Of a DNA stretch of 64,000 nt, positions 13,441 to 26,182 are shown in pieces. Within the stretch, counting starts at the first letter, position 1; every line of letters begins with the position of its first letter. The notes under the pieces were generated by a model that saw nothing but the letters and a program-made list of their open reading frames with translations, made no database searches and was not told where the DNA came from. Made by a program: the position numbers and the translations under genes. This stretch comes from Bigelowiella natans CCMP2755 (Eukaryota > Protista > Cercozoa), in assembly GCA_000320545.1 (NCBI GenBank), contig ADNK01000501.1:124001-188000 (forward strand). The letters are read 5' to 3'.

Positions 13441-14867
13441 GAGAGAAGGAGAAAGAGAGCCTACACATGTCGGATACTCGTTAGCTATCGTACTTCAAAC
13501 ACGCTGTGGTATGTACATTTAACTAAAAAGTTCTAGAAAGATTCGCCGGTGTGAGTCTGGGCACACGCTAAAATATGTGAAGATGTAGCAGTATGTTCAC
13601 TCACTCGTCGACTTCCTCTTGGTAACGGGAAGCCCTGAATTTGTAAATAGTAGTAAAAGATATTTCGCCACACCATCATCATCATTAATATCATTATCAT
13701 CATTATTATTGCCCTAAATTTGACAATAGTAGAAGATATTTTCCCACACTGTCACCACCGTCGCCATCGTCATTATCATCATTATAGCGCTGAATTTGTA
13801 AATAGCATAAAATAGTTCGCCCACCATCATCGTCATCATCACCACCATCGTCAGTATTATTGCTAGCTTGTCTTATAGGCGCATTACAGTGCTTGGTTCT
13901 TGTACAATGAATCGTGCAAGTCTCGATCATATAGCAGCTTCTTCACCAGATCAATTAGATGCTGTGGTCGCATAACGACGTGCTGCCATTTAGTGCATTC
14001 ATTGGCCAATCACTACTCAAATCTCAGGTATTTAAATTCAGATAATAATGCTCACGTCTCGCAGGCCGTCCTCATCGAAATATATCGCCAACCCCAACTC
14101 ATGATACCTGTGCAAGAGAACAATCCATAAAAATTAGAGACAAATTGCTATGGGGTGAGGTGAGATGGATGATGCTTCCTCATTCTGCAGCTTACTACTT
14201 TCGTAGCATCCATCGTACTTCTCTCTCGTCGACGATGCCGTGCTCACGACATTCCTCCTGGACAGCTTGCAAGGTGAATATGGCCTGTTCCTTGGAGATC
14301 AAATCGTCGCACACCTTGGTCCACGCGGATGGAACTTCCTCGTTTACCTTATGTAAGCATTGCCGCCAATAATATTTCGTGCAAGTGCGAATACGCGGTC
14401 CATTAGATATATCAATGCGCAGTAGTAGTGTTAGTGGTAGCAGTTGTAGTAGTAGGAAGTGACGGCAGCAAACATATCGTTTCCTTTATATATCTGCAGT
14501 ATCGTTCGTTATACCTTTTTGTCGTTCTTGAGCCTCTCCATAACCTCATTACGCAGCTCCATGATCGTGCTGTGTACTTCCCCATTACTCGATCGAAACC
14601 TCATTGACGATGATAATAGCAGCAGCAGCAGCAATAACGAAAACGACAATGACACGGTGATAACGTACAGGAATAAGCATAGAGAACACCGGCAAAATGG
14701 AACGAGAAAAGAAATCAATTTCCGACTAGAAAGCATGTATCGATTTGTACTTGCTATCAGCAGGAAAGAAGATCAAATCTGCGGGTTGTGCAGCGCCGTT
14801 TGGGCGCCATCTTTTGCATCGGGACCACGGAAAGGGATTGAATCCCTCAAAAACCTGAACAGGTGGG

Positions 14868-14910
<43 letters not shown>

Positions 14911-15415
14911 TTCGTATGCTGTTTGCTGGAGGATACCTCTCGCGCAATTCTTGTGACTTTTCGATCGACATCGTTGAGGGTTTTCAGTAGCTCCTTTATT
15001 TAAAAAATACGATTTGAATAAGAACGTAACTCTCTTTTTCTCTCTCTCTCTTTACCTCTCTTTATCTATCTCTCACTCTTTCTTTGTGTGCGCGTGTGTG
15101 CTCATTACCTCAGGTTCCTTGAATTCTTTCAGCTTATCGATCTTCGTTCCCACAAGCACAATTGGCGCTCCTGGAGCAAATGTGCGGATATTCTGAAGCC
15201 AGAATCTTAGGTATTCTTCAGCGTCCCGTTGCTGCTTCGCTGCTGTTTCCCCTGTTTTCAAAGATATCAACTATACAGAGGCTCCTTGAGCATCCTTACA
15301 AGGATAATCGCACTCGCCCCTCCCCCCTCTCTCTTTCATTCTCTTCCCTCAATCTTTCTCTTGCTACGCAACAATATATATGCTCGTTCGAATACCATGT
15401 TTACCTGTTACTATT

Positions 15416-15461
<46 letters not shown>

Positions 15462-18359
15462 TTCCCCTGTAACGAATATCAAATGAACAACAAAATGTAA
15501 TATATCACCGTTACCATGGCTCTTCTCCCTCCCGAGGAACTCCTCCAAGGAAAACACCACCATGTAGAGGCAGTTACGGTTCAGAAATATCACGTGCGAA
15601 GTGTAGAACACCTCTTGACCCGCGAAATCCCATACCGACACCTGCGCATGCATTCATTTAGAAGAGGGGGGAGAGAAAGAGGAGAAGGAAGAGAACAAGT
15701 AACAATTCTTTATGTGGGATTGCTCTCTGCGGACGATTACGTACGTCAACATTTCGTGAGAGATGATGCACATAATATGTGCATGCACATGTGCATTCAT
15801 CTATACTCGAATAGCTTCCGGATTGTCCAAAGATTCTTGTATACGCCCAGGATCTAATTCCTGATCATGATTTCAAGTCATGGCCAATAAAATGGAGCAC
15901 GATCTCTCCTTCACGGAGTTCAATGTTTCATCAGGCTTCTATCGAGGCTATTATTCACTCCTACCTTGATAAGCTTCTCCTCATTTAGACTCTCTCCTTG
16001 AATTCCCTTGGATTCTTTGATATCCTCGTCAGTGCCGTTGCCACTGTCCTTCACGTCTGCGCTTTGCTTTGGAGATGAAAGTGAAAGTTTTCCTTCTTCT
16101 GCTACTATCTGCTTGTTTGTTGTCGCTGCGTTATCGTCTGAGCTGCTACTACTTACAATTTCAGTTCCTTTGGCATTTATTTCTGTGGAAGGTTTGCCAG
16201 TTTTCTCATCCTTATTCTTAAAAGGATATTGGGATAATAAAGGTACCTACGGCACATAGCAGCCGATTTTAAGCATAGGAAATGATTATTACAGTTGTGT
16301 TTATTTCCAAACGGAATCTAAAATCGAAATTGTACATGTCCACCTTTGGATCAATAGCCTCCTCTTTCACTTTCTCTTTCTCCTCCTGCTTCTCCCCCAC
16401 CTTTGTATTCTTTTCATCCTCGCATTTCTTCTTCAGATGTGCCAATACCAGGGCTCGCTCATAATTGCCTCCTGCGTAGACGATAATTCATAAATCATCC
16501 ACAGTCAGATAGGAAAGATTCAAACATATCTACTGCGTTCCAATTAGGTCGCTCTATACCGAAAGTGACGTTCTTGAACACGGTGTTCTGAAATGAATCA
16601 TACGGCCTTTCCACCTTGCGAAAAAAAAATTGAAGCAGACCGTGAAAAACAGACACTGGTCTCTTAATGAATTTCCCTCTATGCTTTGCATCTGACACAG
16701 TGGCCGCAGTGACGTCTTGGACGGTGACATCAGCCACAACCTTAGTATGATTGTGCACACAGAAGAGCAAGAATGAGCTTGTGAGCTCAATGTGGTGGTT
16801 GTGCTAGATCTGTTCGCTATCACTACCGTTGATTCTGTGACGCGAAACTCTTCACCCTTCAAAGCCATGTGTAACGTCGTTTTACCAGTGTGCCCTTTGC
16901 CAACAAACATCACACGAGACCGTCGCCAGGGCATCGTGCTAGAAAACACCCTTTTCACGGCCTCCATAGGGAGGGGGATGTCGGCAATCTACAACACAAG
17001 CAGAAAATTCGTTGTAAAATCGAAAGTATGCAAAGAGAAGAAAGGTACATGGAGAAAACAAGATGCTGCATTTCAATTCGGGATAGTATGAACAAAATGC
17101 TCATCTCTCGCGTTCATTCCCTATTTTTTCAGGTGGTTGTGCTGCATGGAGATAAACACCACATATACTACAACGAGTGAATGACTGAGAAAGGCCCGTC
17201 ATAAATTCAGAAATGCATAAAGTAATATAGCATGATTCTCTAAGCGACTGGCGAACAACTCCGAACTCAATTTTTAATATTTGAATTAACGAAACTGATG
17301 ACACCTGTTTTAGATACTCCACAACTCTAAGTTTGTGCTGAGCAACTGCTTCATCGAGAGCCGTTTGTCCCCTATTATTTTTGGTCTCGAGGTTGGCGTT
17401 GGCGTTCTCCACAAGGTACCGCACCGCATCAACGTGGCCATTGTAAGCAGCCCAGAGGAGGGGTGTATCTCCAACGTTGTTCTTGGCTTCGACGTTGGCG
17501 TTGGCGTTCTCCACAAGGTACCGCACCGCATCAACGTGGCCATTGCAAGCAGCCCAGAGGAGGGGTGTATTTCCATACTTGTTCTTGGCTTCGACGTTGG
17601 CGTTGGCGTTCTCCACAAGGTACCGCACCGCATCAACGTGGCCATTGTAAGCAGCCAAGAGGAGGGGTGTACTTCCAACGTTGTTCTTGGCTTCGACGTT
17701 GGCGTTGGCGTTCTCCACAAGGTACCGCACCGCATCAACGTGGCCATTGTAAGCAGCCAAGAGGAGGGGTGTATATCCATTGTTGTCCTCGGCTTCGACG
17801 TTGGCGTTGGCGTTCTCCACAAGGTACCGCACCGCATCAACGTGGCCATTCCAAGCAGCGCTGAGGAGGGGTGTATATCCATTCTTGCCCTTGGCTTCGA
17901 CGTTGGCGTTGGCGTTCTCCACTAGGTACTGCACCGCATCAACGTGGCCATTCAAAGCAGCCAAGAGGAGGGGTGTATTTCCATTCTTGCCCTTGGCCTC
18001 GATGTTGACACTCTTCGCCTCCACGAGACGGCGCATCGTGTCAACATCTCCCGATATAGCCGCATCGAGGAGGATCTGAAAGAGAACGACAAGAATCTCA
18101 TTTGCGATGCCACCCTGCACTACCATTAGTGGTGCATGGTTGTAAGTGCGCACATGGTAGTTTACGTTGTGGTTTTTCACATGAAGAGTGCGTTGCCGAT
18201 GGTGGCAGAAGAGTGGGAAATTGTCATGTTGTTTGACCAGGTTATGTGTGCTCATCACCGCATCTCTATCACCACCTCATCATCGCAACCATCCTTCCTA
18301 ACGCAGCCATTCCTTCCATCCTGTCTGTTCTCCCCATCGCGAGTATGCTTCCCCTCCAT
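8558..18359 (-). CDS. Roco protein with architecture Ankyrin repeats - Roc GTPase - COR - EF-hand-like - CHAT (caspase-like) protease - STAND/NB-ARC-like P-loop ATPase
   Basis: Ankyrin exon 17308-18076. Roc G1 MFVGKGHTGKTT (16878-16901), G3 VWDFAGQEVFYTSH (~15600-15635), G4 IVLVGTKID. COR segments VNEEVPSAW, YHELGLAIYF, VVMRPQHLID, YLVPSMM. EF-like YTFDICEPS...GGITFEEYVELM. CHAT MLVGCHG (His 10319-10321) and LMLAACKS (Cys 10178-10180). Walker A LTGPSKVGKT (9623-9646), Walker B PVLM|IIDGADE. GT-AG joins from COR through CHAT can be made in frame. Confidence 0.8.
11641..11830. repeat. Three copies of a 30-bp sequence separated by (GA)n tracts, duplicating a splice acceptor and exon start of the Roco gene
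   Basis: atagtcaacggtatgcgtcattgtgctaca occurs at 11641, 11736 and 11801. Confidence 0.92.
17380..18000 (-). repeat. Six near-identical 102-bp tandem repeats encoding 34-aa ankyrin units
   Basis: gttggcgttggcgttctccac recurs at 17392, 17494, 17596, 17698, 17800 and 17902 (period 102). Each unit encodes NGHVDAVRYLVENANANVEAKxxxGxTPLLxAAx. Confidence 0.97.
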
Positions 18360-18854
18360 GAAAGGAAGGAATTTTGAGTTTTATGGTCTTGTGTGTGGGT
18401 GTCAAATGAGGCATTTCCTACCTAGGATTTCCTAGGATTTCCCGTTAGAATCGGCAAACGGCCTGTCCATCTTCCCATTCTGGACAAGCGACAACGTACA
18501 CTTTGATGTCTTCATAGGTGAATCCCCCTTGCCAGATACTAAATGGGCAAGTCGTACCAGGATTTCTTTTGAGGCGCAACGAATTTTCTGCATCTACTGT
18601 AGATCTACCTTACTACGCTCGTATCCAATTCCAGCAAATCAGACCCACAGTGAAACAAAGAACATGAAGAATGGCATAGTAACAGAAAGGTGCGACATGA
18701 TAATTTGATGTCGCACTTTGGGACTTGCCGACTCTACATTCGATGCCACAATGCCCGTGCACCAACTTTCATTTTTTCCCGACTGCGTATTTACCCGAGT
18801 GTGGGTTTTTTAGATTTTCGTTGATTTGCTTGACACCCTGGGGGTAGCCAAGTT

Positions 18855-21084
18855 ATGGCCGGCTTTGCCACAGCCGTCGCCGCTGCCACCACCACTACCA
18901 ACGAAAAGAAAGTAGGCGCAGTTTGGGTGGAGACCCGCTGAGATCATTTGAGATCATTTTGCATTCCTAACAATTATCACGTTTGTAGGATCCATTGTCG
19001 CAAGAGAATCTTTCCAACTACTACCCAGCTGGGACATGTCCTCCCGCCTGTTCTTTGCTTGGCCACCAGGTCCTGCTGGCAAACTCTGTTTTGTAAGTAG
19101 CGTTCATTCACGTACGAGATGATAACCTCACGCAGTTCCACACATCTGAAGTCTTTGGAATGCTATTTCTCGTGCTTGCGGTATGAACAGCGACTTGATA
19201 TATCCCAACGTAGAAGGTGATATGTTTCCTCGCTGATTGTGTTAGGTTATCCTGATTATCATTCGCTTTGTCGACGATGCTACGCCCGGCTTCGTGATAG
19301 CGATTATCATGATAATTGTTGCGGGTTTGTACTTGTTCTACTTGTGGGATTACGATAAACTCCGTACCCTGTCTGAGCTTGCGGCGCGTTACGCCCAAAT
19401 TGCTGAAAGACTAGAGGTATTTTTGATAGTTCTTTCTATAATATTAACAGCCATCATCAGCTTGATATGTATTCTACAGGCGGATTCAAAAGAACTCGGG
19501 CAGACCAACGAAGAGTGCAAAGATGTTCCTAGAGACAATGCAGCAAGAGAACAAAGAGCTTTCAGAGTCTCTTGACAAGTTTAAATCTAAGATGGGAATG
19601 TTAAAGGCAACGGAGGTTAAGAATCAAGCAGCAACAAACACAATGATATGCACTCCATCAATTTACATTGATTTAAAGTACACTTTAGTTCCTCTCTTCT
19701 TACTCGCTTTTCTTCTTTTCCTTCTATTTTGTGCTCTCTGATACGATGATAACTCAGGACGAGCTTGAGCGGGTGGAGCATGCGATTGAAGGAATGGTTA
19801 GCACCAGTAAACGCCTCAATGCTCTTGAAGAATCCCTTAACAAGACCAATGCGGCGTATATTTTAAGATTAAAGCAGGACGAGTTAGACCAAAAGAAGTT
19901 CCGCGCACTATATGAGGTGCACTTACAGTTGCTTCATTTTTCCTGCTTCTTCTTACCTTTCCCGTGTTGGGAAGGCATTGCAAATCAAGTGGTGTGCTTT
20001 TGGTTGTAGGTCATGGAAGCCTTCGAGGATGTGGACACGAAGGATCATGATGGGTACTATTAGCAGTAGAAGTAGTTGTAGTAGTAGTGGAAGTAGTAAT
20101 TGTTGTTGTAATAAGTATTGACAGAATAACAGACACTTAGAGGCTCATATTGAGACAAAGCACTCGCTCACTCCTTTATCTCCCTTTGGAGATAACGATT
20201 AGCTTCAGCAATTCGTTCTTAATCAAAACGTGCGCAGATCTCTCACAGGCCGCGAAATCGAGAACATGAAAAGGCTATTAAAGCGCCTGCCTTCTTTCTT
20301 TGAGATATATGAGGATACGGTGGGATAATATTGAGAAATGATTGCCATGATGATGTTGACAGATGATCGAGATGATGATATTTAAGTACCATTTAGACTG
20401 ATAGCGGAGTAGGAGTAGGATGATCATATCATAACAACAATCTTAACTGGCTTTTATCTTCTTCTAATGTTTCTCTTCATCAAAAAGGAAACCAAAGAGA
20501 AGAAGAAGCGACTCGTATTTGAAGTCGATTGGGAAAAGATCGACACGAATAAGGATGGGTAGGCTCTCACGCACTAGTCACAAACTAAGAGTTTTATTTC
20601 TTACCAACAGATATTAGCTTATAACCCTGCTATAACGGGCTATATTCGTTCAGCACATTGTGATTCTGGTTTTAATGGAGTACATCGTCATCATCCACAT
20701 TCTACATCTTCATCAGGGAACTCAGTAAATGGGAGTTCAGACGTGCGATGGACGTCATGCTCTCGGAACATTACACCATATTCAACGCCGTTTACTTAGA
20801 AGAGGCAAAAGAAGCCGTTAAAGACTACAATCTTGGCAAGTGGTGATGCATTCACCAAATCAATATCACACAATTAGTTTCTGTTCAATATCATTCAATC
20901 ACGTCACATCCTCCTCTCATGTATCCAACTCTTCTACTCTGTGCAACGATACAGGTGGGAGGAATCTGAATTTCTAGTGCGTCATTCGTCAGTCGGACAT
21001 TGGTTCGAAGATCCCAGCCAAGCCATTACAGCGGCAGCAAAAGTTGCGGAGAAGCGTAAAAGTGAAGGAAAAATTCATACTTAA
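18855..21084 (+). CDS. Membrane-anchored coiled-coil protein with two C-terminal EF-hands
   Basis: Hydrophobic segments (e.g. FVIAIIMIIVAGLYLFYLW) and a coiled coil (ELAARYAQIAERLE|ADSKELGQTNEECKMFLETMQQENKELSESLDKFKSK...ELERVEHAIE). EF loops DVDTKDHDG|SLTGRE and the canonical DTNKDG|ELSKWE. Stop TAA at ~21084. Confidence 0.7.
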
Positions 21085-21468
21085 GTAATGCGTGATGATG
21101 CCAACACCACATGCAATTGTACATGATTAGGTGTCCTCAAGCTGCGATGTATTATTCCATATCCATGTGCGACTGTAACATATGCGCATATGACCACATC
21201 TAGACATTGCGAAATTTAAACAAGGATAAGGCGGAAACATGCTGTATGCACGTGTACACCTAGACATATTATGTGCGCATATTTACAAAGCATGGCGTAT
21301 GATAGTCAACGTGCGCAATGAATATATAGCCATAAAGGCTCTATAGCGCACTGCCTATCAGCACATATGTTATCGTACGCTATATAGCCATAAAGGCTAT
21401 ATATGAAGATGTATAGACGTGTAGATCTATCATGAATTATCAGCAACAATAGCTCATATATGCATTCA

Positions 21469-22984
21469 TCAGGCCGTAACAACGTTGAAAATAAGAGCCA
21501 TTCTGTCTTTGATCACATCCTGTAAAAATAAGTCGGATCAGTTGCTCTTGAAATAATACTGAGGAAATGGAAATGATGTATATTTACCTGGGTATCATGA
21601 TACACATCTTCCCTGAAGAACACTACATCCCCAACCTTGCAAATGGAGGCAAAAACATTTGGAATTTCATTTCCCGAGTACCATCATAAATTGCCTCTTA
21701 AAGGATCAAAGGGAAACGTGGATGATCGTCACTTACTTCTAGATGTGGCATGCATGTGATCTTTTCGATATCAAAGTAGTAGTATCCGCTTTCTCCTTGC
21801 CAACCCTAGTAGCAGCAAATTAACTCTTAATTAGCAACAATGGAAGGGGTGCTGCTTGTATCATGTACAATATGGACCAAATGCTTGCTTTTATTAGTAT
21901 GCGAGAGGCGTGCATGCCGCAGCTTCTTGCACCTTCACAGTCGGCACAGTACATATCATCAGTGTAACGGTGAACAACTCACCCCATTAGATCTATATTC
22001 AGCGCTTTCTGTCGGCTGGCAAAATCGATACGCATCCCATGGCATCATCTGACGCAAAAACGAGTATTTACCATAGAATTTATTACAGAAACGATATAGA
22101 TAATGACACATCACCACGAGTACCTTGAGATTAGCGTGCTCAGGATCTTCTTTTCTCACAACTAGAAAGAATTTATGGATCGGACCTCCGTCCTGGTGCC
22201 ATCCATGTCGTCCCTAATATACGTTCCACACAATGAGAATTACGGGTTCATGAAGAATTTCAGGAAATAGTGCCACACCTGATGCATAGGAAGGCCGGTA
22301 TATTTCGTCAGCAAGACCCTCAATTCTTGGCTTTTCATGGAATCCATATATTCGGATATCTCGTTTATGTACTGAAATGGATATGGCCACGGGTTGATTC
22401 CGGAAAACTCTCCGCTTTGGATTGAAAATTTCTTTCCCAACTTCGAGTAGCGATAGTTTGCAGTTGTTTGGGACTGTATACGCCTCATTGTAGCTTCAAG
22501 AATTCTCATTGTGTCAGGGATTTCATCGTAGAACCACCGATCTGAAGGGCGGCAAATGACTGGTTCGATTGCAGTATTGCAACCGCAGCGATATCTGTCG
22601 TTAGGTCGAAAGTTCTCCACCACCTGAAGGATGTTCATTGGTATGCATATTCAGACCTAAGGGAGAACGCAGAATTTACTGATTTACCTTACGGATCTTC
22701 CTTGTCTGGTTTATTGGGACTAGATTGCGAAAAAGGACGAAACCCCTCTCCCCCACCGTTCTTACATCCTCTATATTTCCACAGCTTTTGTTTCGAAGGA
22801 GATCTAGGTTCTTGTCGACTAAACACTCTTTCTTCGTCATTAATCGTGGGCCCTTCCTCTGGAATTCGAGCGTGTAGTACTGATTTCGAAGACTGTCTTT
22901 GTGCCGGTCGTAGGCAAAAGAGATGAGTAATGCGAGGAGAGCATACTGCCAGATAGCAGACAGGAGAGGGAAAGAGGGTCCCAT
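21469..22984 (-). CDS. 2OG-Fe(II) dioxygenase (PhyH-like fold) with N-terminal signal peptide/anchor
   Basis: MGPSFPLLSAIWQYALLALLISFAY ... ERGFVLFRNLVP ... HGWHQDGG (HxD) ... VGDVVFFREDVYHDTQ|DVIKDRMALIFNV (distal His and 2OG-binding Arg). Confidence 0.78.
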
Positions 22985-23542
22985 TGACCTTTTAAGGGTT
23001 TTACTTACCTAGGCCCTCAAGGGAAGGAGGGCATGCTGCCGGCTTTTCCGTTCTGTGTGTTGTCGATGTTGCAGGTGAAACAAATCAAGTTTGGCATTTA
23101 TACCGAAAACATCGGAGTCCTCTTACAAGTAACATTTAAGTTATTTTCACATGCTAGATATATCTGAGACTATCTCTTTAAGAGCGAATGATCAGTGTCT
23201 GTTGCTAAGGCGAAAAATGAGAAACAGATCTAGGAAATACACTCCAGCAGATTCTATATGAAATTTTGACCTTGAAATTTTTCCTAATTATGACGAATCA
23301 CACGAAAAGAGCGATTCGATCTAGTACAAAATGGCATCTGTTTCTAAATGTATGGAAAACGAGGCGATTTTATGTTATAATGTTGATATTTTCCTTTAAA
23401 AAGTGCTTCTCACGCACAATCAGCCACGCTCTTCCCAAAGGAAGATCACATCTGCAACACCTTCCTCCCCTGACGTTCCCTCTCAATCTTCAAAACAGTC
23501 ACATAAAGCCTTTTCTCCCAGAACCAGGACAACTGAGAACCC

Positions 23543-24261
23543 ATGTCCAATATCCACGGCATATCCTCATTCAACAATCAAGGGGGTGGGGGCGGCCCAG
23601 GAGGCGCGCCGGGCCAGCCTCAAGCTCCTCAGGGTCAGGGAGGATATGGATGGGGTCAGCAAGGATACGCTGATATGGAGGCACCGGGTGTCATTCCAGC
23701 TGGCCATGTCTCGTTACTGCGTGTTAGTGGTGGAGCTTTCCCAGACCTCGTTGATTTGTTCTGTCCACGGTGAGAAGTCCTTACACGTTGCAGTGAAATT
23801 TGTACTAATATCTGCGTTTCAGATTTCGTTGGCTGTGTTTTACCACAATCGTATCGACCGTTCAAGTGATCATGCTCATAGTGTCTCTCATTGGTACAAT
23901 ATATATAACGTTTCGACCTAAGTGAAAAGAATTGAAAAAACCTCCTGAACTGAGAAATGAACACTGGGTTGATATTAGTCGGAGCCGAAATGTTCGGGGC
24001 TGCTTTCGTGAAAGGGAACGAGATGGGGGGACCAAGCTCGCAGACATTTCTCTACCTTGGTATTGTTGTATTAGAAATATTATTATACCTTATTACCTCG
24101 CTTCTTTTTTGGGGGGGAGGGAATCATTTCTTGTTTTTTTGCATGCAGGTGCAAAATATTTACCGAACATTCAAGCGGGGCAGGTGTATCGATTCGTGAC
24201 TTCTGTTTTCCTTCATGGGGGTATACTCCACCTGGCATCCAACCTCTTTTTCCAGGTGTTT

Positions 24262-24297
<36 letters not shown>

Positions 24298-25169
24298 GTG
24301 ACTTATAGAGTTCTAAGTTTAAAATGGTGGAATGAGACAGCCTAATCTATCAGTGCCGGGTTGGGTACATCTTCGAGCTAAGATGGGGCCTTGCCAACTA
24401 CATTGCCACGTACTTCTTGACAGGGATCGGTAGTAACAACTATGCTTCTAAAAAAAATTGTTATCATTAATTTAAACAACTCGATGATTGTGATCTTATT
24501 CAGGGGCAACATATTTCTCATGCCTGATGAGCCCGAAGACAATCTCTGTTGGTGCATCTGGAGCTCTGTTCGGATTGGTAATCATCGACCACATTGACTA
24601 GAAATGGCGACACACAAAGACAGCACAAAGATGATTAATTGTTTAGTAGGCTCCAAAATATTAGTTTTTGATTACGTCTCCTCATATCGCATAGATCGGC
24701 GCTGATATCTCCTATCTGATCATGAACTGGTCATTCCTTCCAAATCAAGAGAAGTATCAGGTAACACGAATTGCATCGTCACACTAGCTCATTGCAACAA
24801 CCCCTTACTTTCAATGCACTGATATCGTATTAGGAACTGTGCATTGTCATATGCATTCTGTTAATTAACTTCTTGCTGGGAGTGTCCGGTGGATCAGATG
24901 GAAACATTGACAACTCAGCGCACTTTGGCGGGCTTGTTTTCGGTTTCTTGATTGGATTTGCTTTGACGAATCTTTTGCAGCCAGAGGTCAGGCCAGTATA
25001 CGCATTTTCATATTTCCAGAAATCTCTGTGTATTTTCCGATTCTGAACTTATGAATCTGAAATTTAGGACCCGAAAGGTAAATTTTACCGAATTTTGGGG
25101 TGGGGATCCTACATTGGACTCTCCGTCATATGCCTCCCTTGCATCTTTCTTGTTGTACATGCTAACTAA
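23543..25169 (+). CDS. Rhomboid intramembrane serine protease
   Basis: GQVYRFVTSVFLHGGILHLASNLFFQ, E.RWG, ISVGASGALFG (catalytic Ser) and IDNSAHFGGLVFG (catalytic His). G/Q/P-rich N-terminus. Confidence 0.93.
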
Positions 25170-26182
25170 AGTATCAAAGTCGTACGACGCTATATCTAGA
25201 TAGCATTTCAAACTAATTCGTGAACCATGTATTAAGTCTACTTCAGCCCATTAATAACTATAGAAGCGTACCAACGACATCAATGCTTTATTTGTGTGTG
25301 CGTAATACTTGCTCGGGATAGCTTAATGTAGAGATGGATGCATGCGTCTGGGTCTGTATTCATTTGCATAGCATGCATTGCGAAACACTGAGCTAGCAAA
25401 TACATCGCATGCCGCCTATGCTAAATTATATGCACAAGCGCCTATGAGACTGATGCCATGCGAACAACGCTATTTCGATAGTGACTGCACTAGCTCGTAT
25501 GGAGCTAGAAATTCATCCAGCCAGACAAGACATTCTCCGCCACTGTTAGACTGATGCCTATCTAGCTATGCAACATGCTAGCATGGCACGTACTATAGAA
25601 CAGAAAATTGCAGACTGCCCATGTGTAATAAGCTAATAACGATGTCTCATTCGGCTATAGCTAGATAGGCGCTCGATCTACTAGATCTAGCTAGCCATGC
25701 GTGAGTACCACGCAGTGCAGCTTTACTTTCATCATGCGCCCGTAATAGCGGTGGTCTGTCGATGTACTGCTGTGACCTAACTATGCATGAGCAGCAGTGC
25801 AAAATAATCGTGCTTCGATTTGTCAAGGATCACGCTAGCTAGCTAGCTAGCTAGGCACGTACTAGACTAGCTGTGCTGTGCTCCCTAGAGCTAGAGAGCT
25901 AGAGGAGGAGGAGAAGAATTACAGTCTTTACCCATTACTAGATTACTAGACTACGTACCTAAGCGAGACGTCGCATACGCACAGTTAGCGCATGAACATG
26001 CACGCAACAAGCCATAATATATAGCATAGCTATAAAATATATATTATAGCTAATATTTTATGGTTGCATTAATTTTACGCGCACGCCTAGATAGCGGTCA
26101 ACAAACTGTCTATCCGTAACAATCATAGATGCTATGATCTTTTGAAGTTATCGGGTGCCAAAGCAAGCGTTGGTAAAAGATG

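Noticed and set aside
17310-17925. Long overlapping ORFs in other frames and on the opposite strand (190, 196 and 133 aa)
   Set aside because: Shadow ORFs produced by the stop-free 102-bp ankyrin repeat.
17380-18000. Regularly spaced repeats resembling a CRISPR array
   Set aside because: The units are in-frame ankyrin coding repeats with no unique spacers, in eukaryotic DNA with no cas genes.
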